Origin: an uncultured Chloroflexia bacterium
GTDB taxonomy: Bacteria > Chloroflexota > Limnocylindria > Limnocylindrales > CSP1-4
NCBI GenBank assembly: GCA_963763775.1
Contig: CAVXPZ010000004.1
Span: forward strand, 32,001 to 96,000
Reading direction: 5' to 3'
DNA: 64,000 nucleotides
The translations under genes were made by a program, and so were the position numbers. The notes under the pieces were generated by a model. That model searched no databases and was not told the DNA's origin. It was given only the letters and a program-made list of their open reading frames with translations. Of the stretch, positions 1-8,467 are shown piece after piece; positions within the stretch are counted from its first letter, which is position 1, and the number at the start of each line of letters is the position of its first letter.

Positions 1-1013
1 GAGCCCCAACCGCTGGAGCAGGATCTCGGCTCGCTCCGTCATCCACTCGAGCGCCGCGGCGCTGTCCTCGGGCTTGCTCGAAGAGGACCATCTCGACCTT
101 GTCGAACTGATGGACGCGCAGGATGCCGCGCGTGTCCTTGCCGGCCGCGCCTGCCTCGCGCCGGAAGCACGGCGTGTACGCGGCATAGCGGATCGGGAGC
201 TCCGCCGCCTCGAGGATCTCGTCGCGGTGGAGGTTCGTGACCGGGACCTCGGCCGTGGGGACCAGGTACAGCTCGTCGCGGGTGACGACGTACATCTGGT
301 CTTCCTTGTCCGGGATCTGGCCGGTGCCCGTCGCGCTCGCGGTATTGACGACCGCGGGCGGCCAGACCTCGGTGAAGCCGTTCTCGCGCGTGTGGACATC
401 GAGGAACCAGTTGATCAGGCCCCGCTGGAGGGCGGACCCGGCGCCCTTGTAGACCGGGAAGCCCGAGCCCGTGATCTTCGCGCCACGGGCGTTGTCGAGG
501 ATGTCGAGCGCCTCGCCGAGCTCCCAGTGGGCCCGGCGGGTCCAGGTCGTCGCCCCGGCGGCGGCGTCCGCGCCGACCTCGCCCTCGAGCGGCTCGTCAT
601 GGGCCAGGATGTCGCCCCACGTGCGGATCGTGACGTTGGCCTCTTCGCCGCCGACGGGGATATCGAGGTCCGGCGGGTTGGGGATCCGAAGCAACTGGTC
701 GTCGAGCGAGGCCTGGATCTCGGCCAGTCGCGCGTCGAGCGCGGCGATCCGCTCGCCGGCGGCGACCGACGCGGCCTTCAGGCCCGCGACCTCTGGTCCG
801 TTCGGTGCCGCACCCGCCTTCATCGCCTCGCCGACCTGCTTCGAGGCGGCGTTGCGCTCGGCCTTCAGCGTCTCACTCTCGCCGAGGAGCCGGCGTCGCT
901 CCGCATCGAGCTCGAGCGCGCGATCGACCAACGCCGGGGTCCTCGCCCTTGCGGATGGCGCCGTCGCGGATCCGGTCGGACTCCTCGCGGAGCCGCTGCA
1001 GCCCGACGCTCAT
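1..1013 (-). CDS. serS: Seryl-tRNA synthetase (runs off the left edge; two apparent single-base frameshifts near 936 and 78)
   Basis: ATG at 1013 overlaps the lysS TGA. Manual translation gives MSVGLQRLREESDRIR..., LLRIPNPPDLDIPVG, HWELGEAL, LYLVPTAEVPVTN, YTPCFRREAGAAGKDTRGILRVHQFDKVEMV (class II motif 2 of SerRS). Confidence 0.95.
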
Positions 1014-2627
1014 GCGACGCCGGCCGTCGGGGTGATGGCCGCCGCCGCACGGAGGCGCCCGATGACGAAGTCGCGGTCGAGGCTGGCGAGCAGCCAGCCG
1101 GCTCGCGGGCCGTTGGTCCGGCCGAGGAACGCCCGATAGAGCGCGTCGAAGGCCGTTCGCGCATCGATGCCCGCGGCCGTGGCCGTGGCGAAGATCGCGT
1201 CCTGCCACGCGTCACCGGTCGTCGGGGCGTTCGCCTCCATGACCGCCTCGCCGAGCGCCGCGAGGTAGCTCCGCTGGACGGCCGAGAGGTCGGCCACCTC
1301 GGACGGCAGGCTCTCGCGGACCCGAACCTGCGACCGCTCCGGGGCGTAAGCCTCCAGCCAGCCTCGGGCGGCGCGCACGCGCTCGTCGAGCATCGCATCC
1401 TCGCGCGCGGTCAGCGGACTCCCCTTCTCCGCGGCCACGCGCGCCGCCACGTCGACGCCCGGGATCTGGAGGAGGAGGGCGAGGTGCGAGAATGCCGGCC
1501 GGAAGGCGGCCGCATCGGCGACCACGTCGGCAGCCGGATCGAGCAGCGAGTAGCGAAAGGTCGCCGCGTGGCCTGGCGGGATCTCGCCCTTCACCTCACG
1601 GCCGGCCGTGGCTGCGGCGAACTTGTCGAACTCGTCGAACAGCCGCGGGATCTGGTCCGTGCCGTCCGGATCGAAGTCGATCGCGTGATTGGGCTTCGGG
1701 CGCAGGAAGAGGAAGCGGAGCTGCTCGGGCGGGACGACGTCGGCGATCTGGTGGGCGGCGGCGCCCCGGCCCTTGGAGGTCGACATCTTCTTGCCGCCGA
1801 TGTTGAGGAACTCGTAGGCCAGGTTCCGTGGCGCCTCGCGCTCGAACACCTCCCGGGCGATGGCGTCGGACCGGTCGCGAGACCCTCCGGCGGTCGAGAG
1901 GTCCTTGCCGCACGGCTCGATGGTCACGCCGAAGAGCGACCACTGGGCGGCCCACTCGACGTTCCACACGAGCTTGCCCGTCCCGCCGAACGGCGAGACC
2001 CAGCCCGACGACCCGCAGCCGGTCGCCCACGTGACGAGGTCTGCTCGGCACTCGTAGTAGACCCGTTCGCCGTCCCACTGCGGTGACGATCGTCGTGCCG
2101 ACCTTCCCGCACGTGGGGCAGATGACGTTGAACGGGTGCCAGGTTTCCGGGTGCTGGACGTTGGCGACCCGCCGGTAGATGTCGCGGACGACGTGCGCCC
2201 GGTCCAGCGCGGTCCGGATGAACGGGTCCATCTCGCCGGTCGGGTAGATGTCGCTCATCCAGTAGTAGCGGTCCGGGTGGATCCCGAGACCGGCGAAGAC
2301 ATCGATGAAGATCCCGGCGTGGTGGCGGGCGTACGACGCGTGACCGTCGGCGACCTGGTCCGGGACGTGCGCGAGCGGACGGCCCATCTCGGTCGCGATC
2401 GCGTCCGGGGTGAGGAGCGCCTGGGCGTCCATCGGGTCGAGGTCGTCGACGCCGTACAGGAACGTCGTCTCGATGTCGTTGGCGCGCAGCGCCCGGACGA
2501 TGGTGTCGAGGATGACCGGGCCGCGCAGGCTGCCGACGTGGACGGTCCCCGACGGCGTCTTCGAGTCGTTGACGACCTGGGGACCCTGATCGCGGACCTG
2601 CGCCGCGAGTTCGTCCGCCCAGTCCAT
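1010..2627 (-). CDS. lysS: Class I lysyl-tRNA synthetase (split by one frameshift near 2080)
   Basis: N-part MDWADE...TPSGTVHVGSLRG (HIGH-like) and CPTCGK; C-part VEWAAQW, EPCGKD, KMSTSKG (KMSKS-like), GPRAGWLL. The two ORFs join in a new frame around 2075-2085. Confidence 0.93.
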
Positions 2628-2643
2628 GGCGGCCTCCCCGGTC

Positions 2644-3108
2644 TTAGGTGATGCCGACGATCTTGTAGGTGAAGTCGCCCGCCGGGACGCGGACGACGAC
2701 CTTGTCGCCCTTGCGCTTGCCGAGGAGCGCCCGGCCGACCGGGCTCTCGTTCGAGATCCGGCCCTCGGCGGGCTTCGCCTCGGCCGAGCCGACGATCGTG
2801 AACTTCTCCTTGCCGTCGCCGCTCTCGACGTCGACCGTGGACCCGATCTGGACGTGGTCGGTGGAGTGGTTCTCGTCGATGATCGTGGCGTTCTTGATGA
2901 TCGCCTCGAGGGTCTGGATCCGGCCCTCGACGAACGCCTGCTCGTTCTTCGCGTCCTCGTACTCGGCGTTCTCCGAGAGGTCGCCGTGTTCCTTGGCGTC
3001 GTGGATGCGGTTGGCGACCTCGGGCCGCTTGACGCTGACCATCTCGTCGAGCTCCGCGCGGAGCTTGTCGAGACCCTCCCGGGAGAGGTAGGTGGGCTTG
3101 TTGTTCAT
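2644..3108 (-). CDS. greA: Transcription elongation factor GreA
   Basis: HGDLSENAEYEDAK and ISNESPVGRALLGK signature motifs; 154 aa. Confidence 0.98.
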   Translation of the reverse strand: MNNKPTYLSREGLDKLRAELDEMVSVKRPEVANRIHDAKEHGDLSENAEYEDAKNEQAFVEGRIQTLEAIIKNATIIDENHSTDHVQIGSTVDVESGDGKEKFTIVGSAEAKPAEGRISNESPVGRALLGKRKGDKVVVRVPAGDFTYKIVGIT

Positions 3109-3171
3109 CGTCGTGGGCCCCCGCGGTGCAGGTGGTCGGTCGGGGCGTCGAGCGCCCTCGTCGGTCAGGTG

Positions 3172-3223
3172 ATAAGGAAAGAACTCCAGGCGATCCGCGG
3201 GGCGATCCGCGCGCCTGAAGTTC
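3172..3223 (-). terminator. Terminator/attenuator-like hairpin in the greA 5' leader
   Basis: Minus strand GAACTTCAGGCG ... CGCCTGGAGTTC forms a 12-bp stem (one G-U) followed by TTTCCTTAT, between the promoter and the greA start. Confidence 0.6.
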
Positions 3224-3236
3224 CGACCGGGCCCGA

Positions 3237-3265
3237 ATGGTAGTCGCGCCCGGAGCGGGTGTCAA
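3237..3265 (-). promoter_or_regulatory. sigma70-type promoter for greA-lysS-serS
   Basis: TTGACA (3265-3260), 17 nt spacer, TACCAT (3242-3237) on the minus strand. Confidence 0.8.
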
Positions 3266-3271
3266 AAGCCC

Positions 3272-3751
3272 TCAGGTCCGGTCCGCACCCTCCGCCAGCC
3301 GCAGGAGCCGGCGCTTCACGCGCTGGAGCGATCCGCGGTCCGGAAGCGCCACGAAGAGCGTGTCGTCGCCGGCGATGGAACCGGCCACCTCGGGCCAGCG
3401 AGCCCGGTCCAGGGCGGCCGCGATGGCGTGCGCCGAGCCCGGCAGCGTGCGCAGGACGAGCAGCAACCCCGCTTCGTGGATCTCGAGCGGCAGGTCGGAC
3501 AGGAGCTTGCGCAACCGGTCCTCGCCGGACGTCTCGGCCTCGATCAGTCGCGGTGGCAGCGCGTAGGCCGCGGTCCCGTCCCGGGTGATCTTGATGAGCC
3601 CGAGCTCGGCGACATCGCGGCTGATGGTCGCCTGGGTCGTCCGGAAGCCACGCTCTCGGAGCGCGGTGGCCAGCTCCTGCTGGGTGCGGATCGGACGCTG
3701 CTCGACGAGGTCGCGGATCGCCCGTTGCCGGAGCTGCTTCATGACCTCCAT
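3272..3751 (-). CDS. argR: Arginine repressor
   Basis: TQQEL, TQATISRD winged helix, RTLPGSA and GSIAGDDT C-terminal arginine-binding motif. Confidence 0.96.
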   Translation of the reverse strand: MEVMKQLRQRAIRDLVEQRPIRTQQELATALRERGFRTTQATISRDVAELGLIKITRDGTAAYALPPRLIEAETSGEDRLRKLLSDLPLEIHEAGLLLVLRTLPGSAHAIAAALDRARWPEVAGSIAGDDTLFVALPDRGSLQRVKRRLLRLAEGADRT

Positions 3752-3763
3752 GCGAAGGCCGGC

Positions 3764-4591
3764 CTACCTCGCCAGCCAGACGACGAGGATGACCGCGGCG
3801 AGGACCAGTCGATAGGCCACGAAGATCATGAGCGAGTGCCCACGCAGGTAGCCGAGCAGCACCCGGATCGCCAGGACGCCCGCGACGAACGAGGCGATCG
3901 TGCCCGCGATCAGTGGGCCGACCGCCACGTCGGCGCCGCCGTCGGCGCCGAAGAGCTTGCGGGACTCGAACAGCACGGCCCCGAGGATGATGGGCGTCGC
4001 CATGAGGAAGCTGAACCGCGCGGCGGACGCCCGGTCAAGGCCGGCGAACCGGCCCGCGGAGATCGAGATCCCCGAGCGGCTGATGCCGGGGATGAGGGCC
4101 AGGGCCTGCGCCGCCCCGAGGCCGACGGCCATCGGGAACGTGACATCGCCCACGCCCTTGGACTGGCCGCCCCAGCGGTCGGCTGCCCACATGATCGCGG
4201 CCCCGACGACGAGCATGACGGCGACGACGCCCACACCCCGCACGGCGGTCTCGAAGAACCCGCTGAACAGGAAGCCCGCGAGGGCGGCCGGGATGCTCGC
4301 GACGAGGAGCAGCCAGGCGAGCTTGCGGTCGGGGTCGCCGCGGAACGAGCGGTCCCGGATCGTGGCCAGACCGGCCGGGACCAGCCGAGCCCAATCACGG
4401 GCGAAGTAGATCAGGAGCGCCGCGAGCGTCCCGATGTTCAGCATCACGCTGAAGTTGAGCGACGTGATGAACGGGTCGTCCCACCCGAAGAGGAACGGGA
4501 CGATGATCAGGTGCCCGGACGAGGAGATCGGCAGGAACTCGGTGAGCCCCTGCACGATCCCCATGATCACGGCCTGGACGTAGATGTCCAT
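3764..4591 (-). CDS. uppP: Undecaprenyl-diphosphatase (BacA)
   Basis: QGLTEFLPISSSGH and PGISRSG motifs, AARFSFLM; polytopic membrane protein. Confidence 0.96.
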   Translation of the reverse strand: MDIYVQAVIMGIVQGLTEFLPISSSGHLIIVPFLFGWDDPFITSLNFSVMLNIGTLAALLIYFARDWARLVPAGLATIRDRSFRGDPDRKLAWLLLVASIPAALAGFLFSGFFETAVRGVGVVAVMLVVGAAIMWAADRWGGQSKGVGDVTFPMAVGLGAAQALALIPGISRSGISISAGRFAGLDRASAARFSFLMATPIILGAVLFESRKLFGADGGADVAVGPLIAGTIASFVAGVLAIRVLLGYLRGHSLMIFVAYRLVLAAVILVVWLAR

Positions 4592-4642
4592 GTGGTCTGC
4601 GCCTTGCTAGCGGGCGTCGGCCCGGTCGTCTGGACGACCGCC

Positions 4643-6862
4643 CTAGCGCACGAAGAGCGGAGCCAGGACGAGGGCGATCGTCGCGATGAGCTTGACGAGG
4701 ACGTGGAGGGACGGACCGGCGGTGTCCTTGAACGGGTCGCCGACCGTGTCGCCGACGACGGCGGCCGCATGGGCATCCGTCTTCTTCCCGAGCACGTTCC
4801 CGGCGGCATCCTTGAGCTGGCCCGACTCGATGTACTTCTTCGCGTTGTCCCACGCACCGCCGCTGTTGTTCAGGACGGTGGCGAGCATGACGCCCGTGAT
4901 CGTGCCGATCATGAGGAACCCGGCCACGGCCTCGTAGCCAAGCAGGACCCCGACGATGATGGGCGTGGCGACCGCGAGGGCGCCCGGCAGGATCATCTCC
5001 CGGAGCGCGGCCCGGGTCGTGATGTCGACGACGCGGGCGTAGTCCGGTCGCTGGGTGTAGTCCATGATCCCGGGCATCTCGCGGAACTGGCGCCGGACCT
5101 CGACGATGATCGCCTGGGCCGTGGTGCCGACCGCACGGATCGCGAGCGAGCTGAACAGGTAGACCAGCATCGCCGCGATGAACGCCGCGATGAAGACGTT
5201 GACGTTCGCGAGGTTGATGGCCTCGAGGATCGGCTTGCCCTGGACCCGGAGGATCAGGTTGACCTTGTCGATGTAGGCCGCGAAGAGCAGGAAGGCCGCG
5301 AGCGACGCGGACGCGATCGCGTAGCCCTTCGTCAGGGCCTTGGTGGTGTTGCCGACCGCGTCGAGGCGGTCCGTGATCTCGCGCGCGCCGGCCTCGGCGC
5401 GGCTGAACTCGGCGATGCCGCCGGCGTTGTCGGTGATCGGGCCGAAGGTGTCCATCGCGAGGATGTACGCGGTCGTCATCAGCATGCCCATCGTCGCGAC
5501 GGCCGTGCCGAAGATGCCGCCGACGTTGACCCCGTCCGCATTGACGATCCCGGCGCGGTCGCCGAGCCAATGGCTGATGAAGAGGGCGATGACGATCGAG
5601 ATGGCCGTGGCGAACGTCGTCTCGAAGCCGACGGCGACGCCGGCGATGATGTTCGTCGCCGGGCCGGTCTTGGACGCCTCGGCGATCTCGCGGACCGGGC
5701 GGAACGAGCCGGCCGTGTAGTACTGGGTGATGTAGACGAAGACGACGCTGGTCAGCAGGCCGACGAGCCCGGCACCGAAGAAGTAGACCCAGGTCGGCAG
5801 CCCGTCGGGGCCGGTCTGCGTGCCGGTCGACATCATGACGTTGGTCGTGATCAGCAGGCCGACGACGGACAGCAGGGTCGTCGCCCAGTAGCCGCGGTTG
5901 AGGATGTTCATCGGGTCCTCGTCCTCTCGGCCGCGGATCGTGAACTGGACCGAGATGATCGTCGCGAAGAGCCCGAAGGCGCGGACGACGAGCGGGAAGA
6001 AGATCCACGCCGCAGGGTTCGGCCACCCGGCCTGGAGGGCGATGGCGTACACGCTGACGCCGAGGATCATCGCGCCGATGTTCTCGGCGGCGGTCGATTC
6101 GAAGAGGTCGGCGCCACGGCCGGCGCAGTCGCCGACGTTGTCGCCGACGAGGTCGGCGATCACGCCCGCGTTGCGGGGGTCGTCCTCGGGGATGCCCGCC
6201 TCGACCTTGCCGACGAGGTCGGAGCCGACGTCGGCGGCCTTCGTGTAGATCCCGCCGCCGAGCTGGGCGAACAGCGCCACGAACGAGGCGCCGAACCCGA
6301 AGCCGACGATGAGGAACGGCGCCACGGCCGGGTGCTCGAGGCCGCCGTACAAGGCGAAGATCCCGTACACGCCGAGGAGGGAGAGCGCCACCACCAGGAA
6401 GCCGGAGACCGCGCCACCACGCATGGCCACCTGGACGGCCTCGACGAGGCTCCGCCGCGAGGCCGAGGCCGTGCGGATGTTGGACCGGACGCTGATGTAC
6501 ATCCCGATGATCCCGGAGGCCATCGAGCACGCGGCGCCGACGATGAAGGCGACCGCGGTCATGATCCCGAGCTGGGTGCCGAACGCCCCGCCCGGCAGCT
6601 TGGAGGTCTCCGCGATGTCCTCGGTGTCGACGATCGAGATGATCACACCGAGGACGACGCAGGCGAACACCGCGAGGATGGCGATCGTCGTGTACTGGCG
6701 CCGGATGAAGGCGACAGCCCCTTCGAAGATCGTCTCGGCGACGGCCTGCATCGCCTCGGGGCCTTCGTCCCGCGCGAGCACCCACCTGGCGAGCCAGAGG
6801 GCGTACAGGACCGCCGCGATGCCGGCGATCGGGATGATGAGCTGGAGCGTGCTCGCATCCAT
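4643..6862 (-). CDS. hppA: Membrane-bound pyrophosphatase, K+-independent H+-translocating type
   Basis: GGIYTKAADVGSDLVGKVEAGIPEDDPRN, DNVGDCAG, GGAWDNAKK, GDTVGDPFKDT. GNTTKA (Lys) marks the K+-independent subfamily. ATG at 6862 follows a GGAGG SD. Confidence 0.96.
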   Translation of the reverse strand: MDASTLQLIIPIAGIAAVLYALWLARWVLARDEGPEAMQAVAETIFEGAVAFIRRQYTTIAILAVFACVVLGVIISIVDTEDIAETSKLPGGAFGTQLGIMTAVAFIVGAACSMASGIIGMYISVRSNIRTASASRRSLVEAVQVAMRGGAVSGFLVVALSLLGVYGIFALYGGLEHPAVAPFLIVGFGFGASFVALFAQLGGGIYTKAADVGSDLVGKVEAGIPEDDPRNAGVIADLVGDNVGDCAGRGADLFESTAAENIGAMILGVSVYAIALQAGWPNPAAWIFFPLVVRAFGLFATIISVQFTIRGREDEDPMNILNRGYWATTLLSVVGLLITTNVMMSTGTQTGPDGLPTWVYFFGAGLVGLLTSVVFVYITQYYTAGSFRPVREIAEASKTGPATNIIAGVAVGFETTFATAISIVIALFISHWLGDRAGIVNADGVNVGGIFGTAVATMGMLMTTAYILAMDTFGPITDNAGGIAEFSRAEAGAREITDRLDAVGNTTKALTKGYAIASASLAAFLLFAAYIDKVNLILRVQGKPILEAINLANVNVFIAAFIAAMLVYLFSSLAIRAVGTTAQAIIVEVRRQFREMPGIMDYTQRPDYARVVDITTRAALREMILPGALAVATPIIVGVLLGYEAVAGFLMIGTITGVMLATVLNNSGGAWDNAKKYIESGQLKDAAGNVLGKKTDAHAAAVVGDTVGDPFKDTAGPSLHVLVKLIATIALVLAPLFVR

Positions 6863-7009
6863 CAGGTCAGAAGGTCCTCCACGACTGGGCTGTGACCGGT
6901 CCCGGGTTTCCGGCGCGTGACAAGCGACGTTCGGGATGGGCGACCGGGGAGTGCTGCCTCGGGTCCCATCGGTATCCACCGATCGCTGGGACCTTGCAGG
7001 CCGGCGGCG

Positions 7010-7039
7010 AGTGTAGCAACGCACGAAAGAGCGGGTCAA
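7010..7039 (-). promoter_or_regulatory. sigma70-type promoter for hppA-uppP-argR
   Basis: TTGACC (7039-7034), 18 nt spacer, TG-extended TACACT (7015-7010). Confidence 0.6.
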
Positions 7040-7139
7040 ACCCGGTCGCCATCCGGGTTATGCACCGGACCATCCGGTCAGCGGCGGCCCCTCCGGACAC
7101 CCCCTATACTGCCCGTCTTGTGAGCCAGAACCCCGCCTC

Positions 7140-7739
7140 GTGACCCGTCGCCCCGCCTTTGGGTGTCTCCTCGAGATCGTCGAGACACTCGCGCTGACGC
7201 TCATCATCTTCTTCGTCATCCAGAACTTCGTCGCCCAGCCGTACAAGGTCCAGCAGCAGTCGATGGAGCGGACGCTGGAGCCCGAGCAGTACGTGCTGGT
7301 GGACAAGCTCACACCCCGCTTCGACACCTACAAGCGAGGGGACATCGTGGTCTTCACCCCGCCGGCGGACTGGGTCCAGGACAACGGGACGCCGTTCATC
7401 AAGCGGGTCATCGGGGTCGGCGGCGACACGATCGAGATCAACGACGGCGACGTCATCGTCAACGGGACCAAGATCGACGAGCCGTACATCTACGTCGACG
7501 AGGCCACCGGGCTGCCCCAGAAGACCCGCGCCGACGAGGGGCAGTCCGACTGGGTCATCCCCGAAGGCGAGCTGTTCCTCATGGGCGACCATCGCGGCAA
7601 CTCCGCGGACTCCCGGGCCTTCGGGCCTGTCCCCATCGACAACGTCATCGGGCGCGCGTGGCTCCGCTACTGGCCGCTCGACACGTTCGGGATCCTCCCG
7701 ACGCCGACCTACCCGGAGCTGGCACCCACCACGCCATGA
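7140..7739 (+). CDS. lepB: Signal peptidase I
   Basis: SMERTL (Ser), RGDIVVF, FIKRVIG (Lys), GDHRGNSADSR. The true start may be GTG 7120 (TATACT at 7105-7110) if one base is missing near 7136. Confidence 0.95.
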   Translation: MTRRPAFGCLLEIVETLALTLIIFFVIQNFVAQPYKVQQQSMERTLEPEQYVLVDKLTPRFDTYKRGDIVVFTPPADWVQDNGTPFIKRVIGVGGDTIEINDGDVIVNGTKIDEPYIYVDEATGLPQKTRADEGQSDWVIPEGELFLMGDHRGNSADSRAFGPVPIDNVIGRAWLRYWPLDTFGILPTPTYPELAPTTP

Positions 7740-8467
7740 ACCCGGCCCTGGCGGGGGTCGCACTCGCCGTCATCGTCGGCGCGATCGTGGCGGTCTCGGC
7801 GCGGGACGCGCGGACCGCGGTCCTGGGCTTGGCCGTCGCCCTCATCGCGGCACCGGCGGTCGCCGACCCGGTCTCCGCGACGTCCGGCATGGCCGCCCGG
7901 GTCGTGGGCGCCGTGCTGGCGGTGTACCTCCTCTGGGTCGCCGTACGCTCCGGCGACGCGCCGACGGGCGGCTCGCGACTCGGCTGGGCGGCCGAGGCGG
8001 CCCTCGCCGTCGCGGCCGCGGTCGTCGGGTACGACCAGCACGGGCTCGGGGCGGCGGGACTCGGGCCGCCGATCGCCCAGGCGGCGGGCTTCGCGCTGGC
8101 CGCGCTCGCGGTCGCGCCGCTCATCACCGGGCGCGATGTGATCCGTGTCGGGATCGGGCTCCTGCTGCTCATGCAGGGAGCGCTGCTGGTCGCGGTCGGG
8201 CTCGACGGCACGCCGTCGGCCCTCGAACAGATCATCACCGCCGGGCTCGTCGTCGGCCTTGGCGGGGCCGTCGGCGTCCTGGCCACCGCCGCCAGGCTCG
8301 ATGGCTCCGACGGGTTCGCCCTGACGCCGGACGCGCGACCGGCCCTCCGCCGCCCGCCCGACGAGCGCGGGCCGTCGCGCCGCCTCCGGCCCCGGCCGGA
8401 TTCGCTCCCGCTCTGGTCCTCGGACGCGTTCGACGCCGAGGGCCCACCTGACGACGACGCCCCATGA
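7736..8467 (+). CDS. Hydrophobic membrane protein, possibly related to small complex I/Hyf/Mrp membrane subunits
   Basis: ATG overlaps the lepB stop (ATGA); MNPALAGVALAVIVGAIV..., about 7 hydrophobic segments; translationally coupled to the next gene. Confidence 0.6.
   Translation: MNPALAGVALAVIVGAIVAVSARDARTAVLGLAVALIAAPAVADPVSATSGMAARVVGAVLAVYLLWVAVRSGDAPTGGSRLGWAAEAALAVAAAVVGYDQHGLGAAGLGPPIAQAAGFALAALAVAPLITGRDVIRVGIGLLLLMQGALLVAVGLDGTPSALEQIITAGLVVGLGGAVGVLATAARLDGSDGFALTPDARPALRRPPDERGPSRRLRPRPDSLPLWSSDAFDAEGPPDDDAP

Noticed and set aside
7055-7068. Possible ARG box (TTATGCA) upstream of the hppA-uppP-argR unit
   Set aside because: Only a half-site is present, with no palindromic partner or tandem box.
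7120-7143. 7-codon uORF (VSQNPAS) overlapping the lepB start
   Set aside because: Adding one C in the GCC-TC run fuses it to lepB, so it is more likely another indel error than a regulatory peptide.
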